A DNA stretch of 64,000 nt from Patescibacteria group bacterium (lineage in GTDB: Bacteria > Patescibacteriota > Minisyncoccia > Phycocordibacterales > Phycocordibacteraceae), in the NCBI GenBank assembly GCA_013815345.1, contig JACDGK010000002.1:35399-99398 (forward strand), read 5' to 3'. Below the pieces are notes generated by a model. The model saw only the letters and a list, made by a program, of their open reading frames with translations, made no database searches and was not told where the DNA came from. Positions 1 through 8,139 of this stretch are shown here, piece after piece. Made by a program: the position numbers and the translations under genes. Positions within the stretch are counted from its first letter, which is position 1. The number at the start of each line of letters is the position of its first letter.

Positions 1-2
1 CC

Positions 3-107
3 AAATACGTTTTCCTGAATTATAACGACGACCTTTCACAGTGCACTCCAAGCGTTAAAGAATTTCTCCAGCATACAAAGGAATCTGCTGCGAAGTTACC
101 TCAATAG
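3..107 (+). CDS. 3' end of a gene truncated by the window edge
   Basis: Open frame KYVFLNYNDDLSQCTPSVKEFLQHTKESAAKLPQ ending TAG at 105-107, same strand as the next two genes. Confidence 0.4.
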   Translation, partial: KYVFLNYNDDLSQCTPSVKEFLQHTKESAAKLPQ

Positions 108-231
108 GCGACTAGACGAGAGATATATCTTAGTTTCTAAAATATTACACACACATACTTCATAATCAGCTCATCTAAACTTCGCTAAAATGAAAACATT
201 ATTGGCGAGCATTAATAATAGATAGATAAAT

Positions 232-918
232 ATGAGCAAAAGAAAATTGTATGCTGCTGGAGGTGTGCTAGTCGCTCTTTTCGCCTTCGGCGGAATTGCG
301 GCTGCAGCAGGCGTAGGCCCTTCGTTGGCCGACGCTGTGCAGAAACTTATTAGCAGTCCGGAAAGTAAAGTTGCAGTAGTCGATCAACGCACAGGTTGTG
401 GCAGTGCAACTTCCACTGATTGCGCGACGATCAGGACATCACAACCGGCTGAACAGCCTGCTGAGGAGCGCTCCACCGCAACGTCTTATACGGAAGTGGC
501 TTCCACTAAACAGTCAGGAAAGATCGATGATCACCTGACGGTGGACAATACGCTTAAAGATATATCTTTTTGCGGTGATTTGAAATTAAGGACTCGACAA
601 ATTCTCGTTAATGGAATGGATGTCGGCCAACGCATAGCGCAGCTTGCGTCGGATGATCAGATGGGGAAACTTCCTAACGGTGACTCGATTGGTCAGGGTA
701 TGTGCAACAGCATGCCTCATAACATTTCCTACACGAAAGGCATTCTGCAAATGCCCGACGTGACCACGTTCAAATCTGAGGATTCACGGGACACTGGAGA
801 AAACTATAAAGTAGTCGTCGGAACTGAAGCCTTCACTGTAAATCCAGCCACGAACGAAATCTTCAGCATCAGCGCCTATGACGGCAGCACATTAACAGCG
901 GTCGGTAACCTCAAATAA
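232..918 (+). CDS. Secreted or membrane-anchored hypothetical protein
   Basis: 228 aa; basic N-terminus then hydrophobic signal-like stretch; four Cys; 4 nt from the next gene. Confidence 0.75.
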   Translation: MSKRKLYAAGGVLVALFAFGGIAAAAGVGPSLADAVQKLISSPESKVAVVDQRTGCGSATSTDCATIRTSQPAEQPAEERSTATSYTEVASTKQSGKIDDHLTVDNTLKDISFCGDLKLRTRQILVNGMDVGQRIAQLASDDQMGKLPNGDSIGQGMCNSMPHNISYTKGILQMPDVTTFKSEDSRDTGENYKVVVGTEAFTVNPATNEIFSISAYDGSTLTAVGNLK

Positions 919-922
919 GAGT

Positions 923-2074
923 ATGAAAACGAAACATCAAATGCGACAAGTCGCAACTTTCGCTCTCGGACTCTTCTTTTTTGCCTCTCCGCTGTTCGCG
1001 AGCGCTGCAACCACGGCCGTAAAACCAGGGCCGTTTCCAGACGGAATGAGTACTTGGTATGGAAGCGTGTACAACACTTCTTCTCAACATGACGATAAAT
1101 TACAGGTTGGAGGCTGGGGAGATGAATACGATTCTCTCGTCCGCTTCAATCTAAGCGCTCTTCCTGTGACTGCCACACAAGCAGTTGTTTGGCTTTATGC
1201 CTATCCCCGAGGCGACGCATCTACCCCGGTAAACATTGAGTGGTACCGGAACACTACGCAATGGCACACTGGTTCGGTCAGCTGGAGCACAAAACCATCG
1301 GGAAATGATCTCGGGTATACCAATGCGCCAACGACAATTCCTGGCTGGTATGGTGTTGACTTCACCTCACTCTACAATTCATGGAGAAGCGGCTCTTCGC
1401 CTAACTATGGTCTTGCACTCAAGCCTCTTGCTAACAACAATCGCTTCGATATGTTCCGTGGTTCTGGCTATACGGCAGACACGACCCTAAGGCCGGAACT
1501 CGACGTAACATACAACACTTCAGGCACAGATAGCATTCCTCACTTCAAATGGCCTTTGTCATCGGTCGCGTACGCAAGTCGCTCGGTTACGCAAGCATTC
1601 GGAGCATTTCCTTGGGCTGGCGGTACCGAATGTCCTGTTGGCTATCAGAAATACCACAATGGTACGGACTACTCGACAGGCGGAGTCGGCGGAGCGACAG
1701 AATACGCTCCTGAAGACGGCATCGTGAAAGAAGTAACATTCGATAGTTCAGGTTGGGGTTACAACGTAGTGATGGAACACGTAACTCCTGGAGGCGGAAG
1801 CACATACACATCGGTCATCTGGCACATCTCGCCGAATTCTGATGTAACGGCTTCTAACCCTGGAGGCTTCATTCCAAAAGGCGCTCCTCTCGGCACAGTA
1901 GCTAGCCTCACCTACCCGAAAGTCTCGCACTTCCACTTCGGTATAAGAAGAGCTGCATATTCTTATCCGACATCGGGTGCGGGAGCGTTACCTCAGTCAA
2001 CATGCAGTAGCTATCTAGGCTATCCTGCGAGCTTCGTCGATCCTGAAAGCTCAAGCAACGTTATCTTCAACTAA
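923..2074 (+). CDS. Secreted DNRLRE-like domain protein fused to an M23 metallopeptidase
   Basis: Signal peptide (ASA/A); DNRLRE-type pattern SLVRFNLSALP...NYGLAL...RPELDVTY; M23 zinc motifs HNGTD and HFH. Confidence 0.8.
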   Translation: MKTKHQMRQVATFALGLFFFASPLFASAATTAVKPGPFPDGMSTWYGSVYNTSSQHDDKLQVGGWGDEYDSLVRFNLSALPVTATQAVVWLYAYPRGDASTPVNIEWYRNTTQWHTGSVSWSTKPSGNDLGYTNAPTTIPGWYGVDFTSLYNSWRSGSSPNYGLALKPLANNNRFDMFRGSGYTADTTLRPELDVTYNTSGTDSIPHFKWPLSSVAYASRSVTQAFGAFPWAGGTECPVGYQKYHNGTDYSTGGVGGATEYAPEDGIVKEVTFDSSGWGYNVVMEHVTPGGGSTYTSVIWHISPNSDVTASNPGGFIPKGAPLGTVASLTYPKVSHFHFGIRRAAYSYPTSGAGALPQSTCSSYLGYPASFVDPESSSNVIFN

Positions 2075-2089
2075 ACTTTACCCTTTAAG

Positions 2090-2126
2090 AAAATATCCAC
2101 ATGCCGAGAGGCGCGTGGGTATTTTT
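2090..2126 (+). terminator. Rho-independent terminator
   Basis: aaaatatccacatgcc-gaga-ggcgcgtgggtatttt stem with G-U pairs ending in a T run, just after the M23 stop. Confidence 0.65.
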
Positions 2127-2134
2127 GTATGCAG

Positions 2135-2580
2135 CCTTTGTTACGATTTGACTTAAGGCTAACAAGGGGGAGCCAGCCCTACCGTTTTATAATTTCTCTT
2201 CAAAACGGCGGGCTGGTTGTGTGCGAACGGGAGGGTGGGTCAAGCATATACAGATTAGCCTGCGCCTTAGCGCAGACCGCAGTGTATTGCGCCCCAGGTC
2301 GCCTTTTGATTACGGAGCAAGGGGCTTCAGTGTGAATACTTTGTTGCCCCTTGTGGAGTTTTCAAAAGGCGAACGCAAACCCAAGAACTTCCTTTCCTCT
2401 TTTTGCCTTTCGGCGGAGGGGTCGGGGGAGGAGCCGTGCAAAGAAATGGAAGGAAGTTTTTGGTTTGCCTGCGCGAGTCCGCGAGCGCGGCTGGGGCGTG
2501 TTCCAGTGCAATCGGAGTGTATGAAAGAATCTCAAGCCACCACGCACGCGGAGCGTGCGCATCAGTCGCTTCGCGACTGG
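2135..2580 (+). ncRNA. Putative large structured non-coding element (RNA or ssDNA), family unknown
   Basis: More than 10 nested or adjacent stems, e.g. 2299-2309/2362-2372 (11 bp perfect), 2318-2325/2346-2353, 2290-2297/2491-2498; G-U wobbles favour the + strand; no credible ORF. Confidence 0.5.
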
Positions 2581-2608
2581 AAATAGGTTCTAGCGGCGCG
2601 GTATACTC

Positions 2609-2781
2609 TCACCAATGCAATCCGCCCAAAGGCGGCTTTTGCATTGGTAACCCTAAGTAAAGCGCGGGGCGCTTTACGGCAGGAGTCGAAGACCTTGTGA
2701 GTATGAGATCAAGCATTCCTATGCGAAGGAATCATCCACAAGGTGTACTGTTCCTGTAAGGAAAGGCTCCCGTAGGGTCAC
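2609..2781. other. Structured cassette derived from tRNA 3' ends; possible attachment-site remnant
   Basis: + strand ends ctcccgtagggtcac (T-stem plus acceptor 3' strand, tRNA-Glu-like); - strand 2645-2690 reads TTCGACTCCT...TTAGGGTTACCA; begins with tcacca. Confidence 0.5.
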
Positions 2782-2791
2782 AAATTTAAAG

Positions 2792-3316
2792 CTAATGTTT
2801 ACCCCTACCACGCCGCGTAGCAACTTTATTTTTAAACCATTCTTTTTGTCCGAGTAAATCAAGTACCGGAAAAACAAACGTCAAAACTATATCTGTCAGT
2901 GCTTCTTTCGGACGGGGGATACCCCAGCCGACGCAGTGGCGGAAACCTTTCCCTCGACAGAGCCATTGTGCACGAGGGTAATGCAGAAACGTAGAAATAA
3001 TTATCAATTCTGCGTCTTGCTCTTTTGCAAGTGATGAAGCAATTTCAATTTGCTCGCTTGTTTCTTTTGCTTGAGAAATATAGAGTACATCCTCACTCGG
3101 TATGCTCAGATCTTCAAGTGCCCATTGGTACCATTCTATTTCCGACAGCTCTCCAGCTGCCTGAAAAGAGCTGAGGATGAGTATCTTGGAGGGCTCATAC
3201 TTTTTTAATAAACTAAGGCATGTGTTAAGAGAACCGTACCAATCTTGCATCTGCGGTGGACCGATACGACCTCGAGGCCAAGGACTTTTCGTCAGCGGGA
3301 GAAGAATGTACGGCAT
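2792..3316 (-). CDS. YdcF/DUF218 (ElyC/SanA-like) family protein
   Basis: SEIE...ETSEQIE...IISTFLHYPRA resembles the DUF218 T-x-E-N and S-x-x-H-x-x-R motifs. Confidence 0.65.
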   Translation of the reverse strand: MPYILLPLTKSPWPRGRIGPPQMQDWYGSLNTCLSLLKKYEPSKILILSSFQAAGELSEIEWYQWALEDLSIPSEDVLYISQAKETSEQIEIASSLAKEQDAELIIISTFLHYPRAQWLCRGKGFRHCVGWGIPRPKEALTDIVLTFVFPVLDLLGQKEWFKNKVATRRGRGKH

Positions 3317-3380
3317 TTAGGATAACGTTTATTGAGCACCAACTACTTGCATTTTACAATGAGAATGAAAATGCCAGGGT

Positions 3381-4476
3381 ACATTCAAGAATATATCGCA
3401 ACACCTGCTGCTTTGAAGAATACCTCTTCGGGCGTGAGTCCGCCATGACGTTTGCGCGGACGCGTGTTGATAAGGTGTTCAGCGCGGGCAAGCGCCTCGG
3501 TTGAGACCAATCGAAAGTCTGTCTTCTTTGGGAAGAACCGTCTGAGCAGTCCATTGGCGTTCTCGTTTGAGCCTCGCTCAAACGAGGAATATGGGTGGGC
3601 AAAATATACGAACACCCCAAGGGTTTCCTCAACCTCTTTCCACCGTATGTTCTCAGTACCGCGATCGCGGGTCAGAGTCTTGCGCACCTTTTGCGGAAGT
3701 ACGCTGAGCTTTTCAATGAGTGCGATGTCGCACTCAGCGGCAGTGCCGTCGTGTGTCTTTGCGAAGAACGTGACATCACTTTTGCGTTCAGTGGCACTCT
3801 TCACGCGTGCAGAAGACTGCCGCGACACGAGCGTGTCGTCTTTCCAGTCGCCAATACGAGAGCGGGACTCGACAACCCTCGGACGATCTTCGATTGAGGG
3901 GAGCGAAGCATGGCGAGCCAGTTTCCTGGCCTTGCGCATACCTTGTTTGGCGCGTACGACATGACGTCGTGCGAGCGTGCTGCGCAGGTCAGTTTCTCCA
4001 GGCAACACCGTCCCTCGTCCTTTTCGATGTACTCTGCGATATACCTCTTGGTATATCGCCTCAGTTGAGATGCGCATTGAAGAATCATTCGGATATTCGA
4101 TCAGCAGTCGCAGATGTACCTGCTCGGGAGACCAGCCGATTACGAGCTTCTCCTCGATGTACGCCCTGAGCGCTGGCGTGCGGCGCGTCTTCGCGGTGTT
4201 TCCACGCTTGTCGATGCGTTCACGTGCCTTTTCGTGTGCGCGCTCGGCTCGATATCGCCCCATGCCTTTGCGCGGTTTGCCATCAAGCTCGCGGGATATT
4301 GAGCCTTTGTTGCGACCCAATTCTTTCGCAATATCCGTCATTGACGTGCTGTCTGTGCACCACCTGACCTCAATCACGCTGCGTCCCCGCAGCGTGAAGG
4401 GGCTTCGCCCTTTGGTTTTTGCCATATCTGATTAGCTTAAATGTCTAATCAGGTGTTGCAATTAATTCTGGAACTG
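3381..4476 (-). mobile_element. IS30-family insertion sequence
   Basis: Imperfect ~27-bp terminal inverted repeats 3381-3407 and 4450-4476 sharing gcaacacctg and enclosing a DDE transposase; exact ends uncertain. Confidence 0.85.
3385..4425 (-). CDS. IS30 family transposase
   Basis: N-terminal HTH (IAKELGRNKGSISREL), WSPEQ, GDWKDDT, TRDRGTE, HPYSSFERGSNENANGLLRRFFPK, NTRPRK. Confidence 0.93.
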   Translation of the reverse strand: MAKTKGRSPFTLRGRSVIEVRWCTDSTSMTDIAKELGRNKGSISRELDGKPRKGMGRYRAERAHEKARERIDKRGNTAKTRRTPALRAYIEEKLVIGWSPEQVHLRLLIEYPNDSSMRISTEAIYQEVYRRVHRKGRGTVLPGETDLRSTLARRHVVRAKQGMRKARKLARHASLPSIEDRPRVVESRSRIGDWKDDTLVSRQSSARVKSATERKSDVTFFAKTHDGTAAECDIALIEKLSVLPQKVRKTLTRDRGTENIRWKEVEETLGVFVYFAHPYSSFERGSNENANGLLRRFFPKKTDFRLVSTEALARAEHLINTRPRKRHGGLTPEEVFFKAAGVAIYS

Positions 4477-4489
4477 AGGCAGAACAAAC

Positions 4490-4520
4490 TTGACTTATAT
4501 TCAATAAAGTGGTATATATT
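4490..4520 (+). promoter_or_regulatory. Sigma70-like promoter just outside the IS end
   Basis: TTGACT at 4490-4495, then TGG-TATATATT 17 nt later; AAGGAG before ATG 4569. Confidence 0.45.
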
Positions 4521-4568
4521 TACCTAGTCGTAACTGAACGACAGGTACAAAAATTTGAAGGAGTAAAC

Positions 4569-4805
4569 ATGTACCTTTCCGCCCATGAGCTCAATCCGAG
4601 CTCCACTGTTTCGCCCTGCTCCTTGAAGGCACCTCCCGGCAAATTCCGAGTCATCGCCACCGACCGGATCGATATCTGGGTGGCGCTTGACACGGATGAC
4701 CCTGTGCTGGCTCTCGATTACGTCTCGAAAAAGAGGCAGAACGCTCCGTATATGCGGGCATACGACGAGGGTGGTAATCGCCTGAGTCCCATCTGCGAGC
4801 TCTGA
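4569..4805 (+). CDS. Small hypothetical protein (78 aa)
   Basis: AAGGAG RBS, ATG at 4569, terminator downstream. Confidence 0.65.
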   Translation: MYLSAHELNPSSTVSPCSLKAPPGKFRVIATDRIDIWVALDTDDPVLALDYVSKKRQNAPYMRAYDEGGNRLSPICEL

Positions 4806-4831
4806 TCCCTTTTCTCACGCCCTCAAAGAAC

Positions 4832-4860
4832 AACCCCAGACAATTTGGTCTGGGGTTTTG
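4832..4860 (+). terminator. Rho-independent terminator
   Basis: aaccccagac...gtctggggtt 10-bp stem ending in Ts. Confidence 0.7.
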
Positions 4861-4923
4861 CTATATAGTACTGTGGAGAAATAAAAAACCGACCTAGTCG
4901 TGGGCCGGTCTTGTTCTGAATCG

Positions 4924-5241
4924 TTACACATGTGTCTTTAGAAGAGATCTTGCTGCTGCGCGGCGAGTTTCGTCCGCTCTACCGCAACAAGTTTCAGATG
5001 TCTTTTTCGAGCGCGTGCCTTGTGCCTTCAGACCCAACTTCGCACGTACGGCCTTTTCAATATCGGTGACCTCAGGTAGCTCACGAGCCGACACGTTCTG
5101 ATAGTTAGTAATTCGAAACGTATTGATCTCGGTGGTCAGTTGAGCAAAATTCAACTTGTAGGAAATGTGGGCTTGACCCGCACTCGCATGTTTTCGGGCA
5201 AGATAGCGATTGAAGTCGTCTGCAACTTTTTCAGGAGTCAC
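4924..5241 (-). CDS. Hypothetical basic protein
   Basis: 105 aa with GGAGG RBS, directly after the 5251-5508 gene; start is GTG. Confidence 0.55.
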   Translation of the reverse strand: MTPEKVADDFNRYLARKHASAGQAHISYKLNFAQLTTEINTFRITNYQNVSARELPEVTDIEKAVRAKLGLKAQGTRSKKTSETCCGRADETRRAAARSLLKTHV

Positions 5242-5250
5242 TCGATCCTC

Positions 5251-5508
5251 CTACTCGTGAATGTCGATAGGGAAGAACGTGCCGTCGCGCCATTCCATGT
5301 CGTCGCTTCGGGGAAGTTCAGCGAGATGCCTCCTTAAGACTTCATCGGTAGCTTTTACTTCCCGACGTTTAGCTGCGGTGGCGAAACCGCCTTTTTTGCC
5401 TGCTGCTTTCAGGTAGGAAATATTACCCTCGATTTTAGCCTGTTTGATTGGTTCGGGAGTTGCTCCCATCTCTTTTCCTCCTGCTTGATTGTGAGGGAAC
5501 TTTTCCAT
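5251..5508 (-). CDS. Small hydrophilic protein with a KGG (general stress-like) motif
   Basis: AAGKKGGFAT motif; CATAAT 5 nt before the ATG. Confidence 0.6.
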   Translation of the reverse strand: MEKFPHNQAGGKEMGATPEPIKQAKIEGNISYLKAAGKKGGFATAAKRREVKATDEVLRRHLAELPRSDDMEWRDGTFFPIDIHE

Positions 5509-5530
5509 AAATGATTATGCCACAATAAGC

Positions 5531-5986
5531 CTATACTAACAATGAATCCACGATTTTTTTCACCTCCGTACCATCTGCCTGACCCTTCAGATCTTTCATT
5601 ACGACGCCGATAAACTTTCCGGCTTCAGTTTTGGTGGTGACCCCCGTCTCCGCCATTTTTGCCCGGACTATTTTTTCAATCTCTTCTGGGCCCATTTGGG
5701 CAGGGAGATATGACTCGATGATTTCTAGCTCTTCTTTTTCAGGGATGGCGAGCTCTGGCCGGCCTCCTTTAGTGAATTGCTCGATGGAATCCTTGCGCTG
5801 ATTGGCGGCACGCTTGAGTACTGCAAGGGATTCTTCATCCGTGAGGAGCTCGTTTGGCTTACGTTTCTTACTGATGACTTCGTTGGTCATAAGCGTCGAG
5901 AGGGAGCGAAGGGTACGGAGGCGTGTCTCTTCGTGTGCTTTAAGCGCTTCAGGAATGCCTGCCTTAATGGATTCATGGATGGTCAT
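5531..5986 (-). CDS. GatB/YqeY domain protein
   Basis: QRKDSIEQFTKGGRPEL...E.EIIESYLPAQM...GQADG; start moved to MTIHES. Confidence 0.92.
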   Translation of the reverse strand: MTIHESIKAGIPEALKAHEETRLRTLRSLSTLMTNEVISKKRKPNELLTDEESLAVLKRAANQRKDSIEQFTKGGRPELAIPEKEELEIIESYLPAQMGPEEIEKIVRAKMAETGVTTKTEAGKFIGVVMKDLKGQADGTEVKKIVDSLLV

Positions 5987-6032
5987 ATAGAGGATTTTAT
6001 CATATGACGCTACTCGCGTTATAATAAGGCAA

Positions 6033-7109
6033 ATGAGCGGCATTTTTCTCATGGGTGCTATCATCCTTCTTTTGCTCATCGGGCAAGGGGTCATGCTTCG
6101 GCTTGTACTTAAAGGTCGCACAAAGATTGCCGAAGAAGAGCCGAAGCAAGACAGTGCGAGCTTCATGCTCCTTCAGAATCAAATGGAGAAGCTGGAACGT
6201 ACGCTCGATTCTCGCATGAATGAATCCTCGAAGCAGATGAACGACACGATGCGTGGACAGTTCGGTGATTCTGCACGTCTCATTAAGGAGATCACCACTG
6301 AGCTAACGTCAGTAAAAGAAATAGGCCGGCAAACGCAGACGTACGCGGAACAGCTCCAGTCATTACAGGATCTCCTCAAGAATCCCAAGCAGCGGGGCAT
6401 ACTCGGGGAATATTATCTCGAGACCGTTCTAAAGAACGTCATGTCGCCCCAGGATTATCACATTCAACATGCATTTAAGAATGGCGAGATTGTGGATGCG
6501 GTTATTGTCATTAATAAAAAACTGGTACCGGTGGACTCTAAGTTCTCCCTCGATAACTACAATCGCTTTGTCAGCGCGCACGTAGGAAGTCCGGAACGTG
6601 TGGCAGCAGAAAAAGCATTCGTTGCTGATCTTAAACTGCGTATTGCTGAGACGGCGAAATACATTCGCCCTGAAGAGGGAACCATGGATTTTGCTTTTAT
6701 GTTTATTCCGTCAGAAGGGATTTATTATGACTTACTTACGAACCAAGTCGGCGTCGCGGAGGAAGAAAATCTCATTCAGCGCGCAGCAGGGAAGTACAAA
6801 GTTATCATCGTTTCACCGACCTCATTTCTTGCATATCTTCAGACGGTTATGCAAGGTCTTAAAGCTATGGAAATCGAGCAGCGCGCAGGGGAAATTCAAA
6901 AGCACGTGGGAGAACTTGGCAAGCACATCGGTAGCTATGAGGATTACTACAAGAAACTTGGGAATGCTCTTGGCACTACCGTTTCGCATTACAACAGCGG
7001 GTACAAGGAGCTTGGAAAGATTGAGAAAGATGTATATCGCATAACAGAGTCAAAAATAGGCATCGAAGCCGAGCTTCTTGAAAAACCCGGTGCACTCGAG
7101 CTGGAATAA
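6033..7109 (+). CDS. rmuC: DNA recombination protein RmuC
   Basis: N-terminal TM and coiled coil; KQRGILGE, VDSKFSLDNY, DFAFMFIPSEGIY, IVSPTSF. Confidence 0.93.
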   Translation: MSGIFLMGAIILLLLIGQGVMLRLVLKGRTKIAEEEPKQDSASFMLLQNQMEKLERTLDSRMNESSKQMNDTMRGQFGDSARLIKEITTELTSVKEIGRQTQTYAEQLQSLQDLLKNPKQRGILGEYYLETVLKNVMSPQDYHIQHAFKNGEIVDAVIVINKKLVPVDSKFSLDNYNRFVSAHVGSPERVAAEKAFVADLKLRIAETAKYIRPEEGTMDFAFMFIPSEGIYYDLLTNQVGVAEEENLIQRAAGKYKVIIVSPTSFLAYLQTVMQGLKAMEIEQRAGEIQKHVGELGKHIGSYEDYYKKLGNALGTTVSHYNSGYKELGKIEKDVYRITESKIGIEAELLEKPGALELE

Positions 7110-7156
7110 CGACGCGACCTTGCAATTTGTTAAAAAACCTTTAGGATAGGCTCTAT

Positions 7157-7486
7157 ATGGAATACGCTGTTATCAAAACGGGAGGGAAGCAGTATGTCGT
7201 CAAGTCAGGCGACCTCGTGACTATCGAGAAGTTCATGGCTCCTGACGGCAATGACGTTAAAAAAGGTGATGCCGTAATCTTTACTGAGGTTCTCCTGAAA
7301 GACGACGGTGCAAAGGCTACGATCGGCTCTCCGATGGTAAAAGGTGCTACGGTCACGGGCACTGTTTCAATGGTGGGACGCGCAAAAAAGATTGACGTGG
7401 TTAAATACAAAGCAAAAAGCCGTTACCTCAAGCGTCGCGGACACCGACAGCCTTTTGTAAAAGTGAAGATCGACGCGATCTCGTAA
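7157..7486 (+). CDS. rplU: 50S ribosomal protein L21
   Basis: YAVIKTGGKQY...GHRQPF. Confidence 0.97.
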   Translation: MEYAVIKTGGKQYVVKSGDLVTIEKFMAPDGNDVKKGDAVIFTEVLLKDDGAKATIGSPMVKGATVTGTVSMVGRAKKIDVVKYKAKSRYLKRRGHRQPFVKVKIDAIS

Positions 7487-7522
7487 AGAAAAGCTCCGCC
7501 TATGGCGGAGCTTTTCTTTTTT
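7485..7522. terminator. Bidirectional terminator between convergent rplU and recR
   Basis: aagaaaagctccgcc-tat-ggcggagcttttctt perfect stem. Confidence 0.85.
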
Positions 7523-7534
7523 ACCGATAGGTGG

Positions 7535-8137
7535 TTATGCCTCTTTGCGATTGATAAGAGCGCCTGAAAGCGTTTCAGCATCGGCGTATTCAAGCTCAGA
7601 ACCAGTTGCGAGCCCACGGCCGAGGGTGGAAAGGGTGACATGCTCTCGAAGTGGTTCGAGAATCTCGCGTACGCGATCTGCCGTGTGTTCTCCCTCACTG
7701 GTCGCCGAAAGTGCAAGCACGATTTCTTTGAGACCGTTTTTTATACGTCGATCGACTCGCTCAATGAGTTCTCTCTCACGAATCTGACCTTTGCCGGAAA
7801 GCGTGAGTACTCCACCAAGAATGAAGTATCGTCCTCGATACGCATTGGCGCGCTCGACGGCCGCAAGATCCTGATCTTTCTCTACAACCATTAAAAGGGA
7901 ATCGTCGCGAGAAGAATCGTTGCAGAAATTGCATAGCGTATTCGTGCCGCTCCAATAGCGAAGACATTCGGGACATTGCCGCACATCTGCCCCGAGCTGT
8001 TCTATGAGTTTAGAAAGTTTTGCCCGATCGCTTTGGGATACCGTGAGAAGATGATACACAAAGCGCTTCGCTTGCCGCGGGCCTATACCCGGAAAACGTT
8101 CAAACGCATGCGCAAGATCCTCTACGCGATCAGCCAT
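7535..8137 (-). CDS. recR: Recombination mediator RecR
   Basis: FPGIGPRQAKR HhH, CPEC...CNFC zinc finger, Toprim EGEHTA, ELEYAD. Confidence 0.96.
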   Translation of the reverse strand: MADRVEDLAHAFERFPGIGPRQAKRFVYHLLTVSQSDRAKLSKLIEQLGADVRQCPECLRYWSGTNTLCNFCNDSSRDDSLLMVVEKDQDLAAVERANAYRGRYFILGGVLTLSGKGQIRERELIERVDRRIKNGLKEIVLALSATSEGEHTADRVREILEPLREHVTLSTLGRGLATGSELEYADAETLSGALINRKEA

Positions 8138-8139
8138 AA

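Noticed and set aside
2129-2660. Overlapping 66-121 aa ORFs in the structured region
   Set aside because: Four conflicting frames with no recognisable motifs; the dense base-pairing explains the sequence better.
2609-2781. Intact or intron-containing tRNA gene
   Set aside because: No 5' acceptor strand, D arm or anticodon arm could be found; only 3'-end fragments are present.
3452-4435. Long + strand ORFs (170, 152 and 120 aa) within the IS
   Set aside because: Antisense shadows of the GC-rich transposase.
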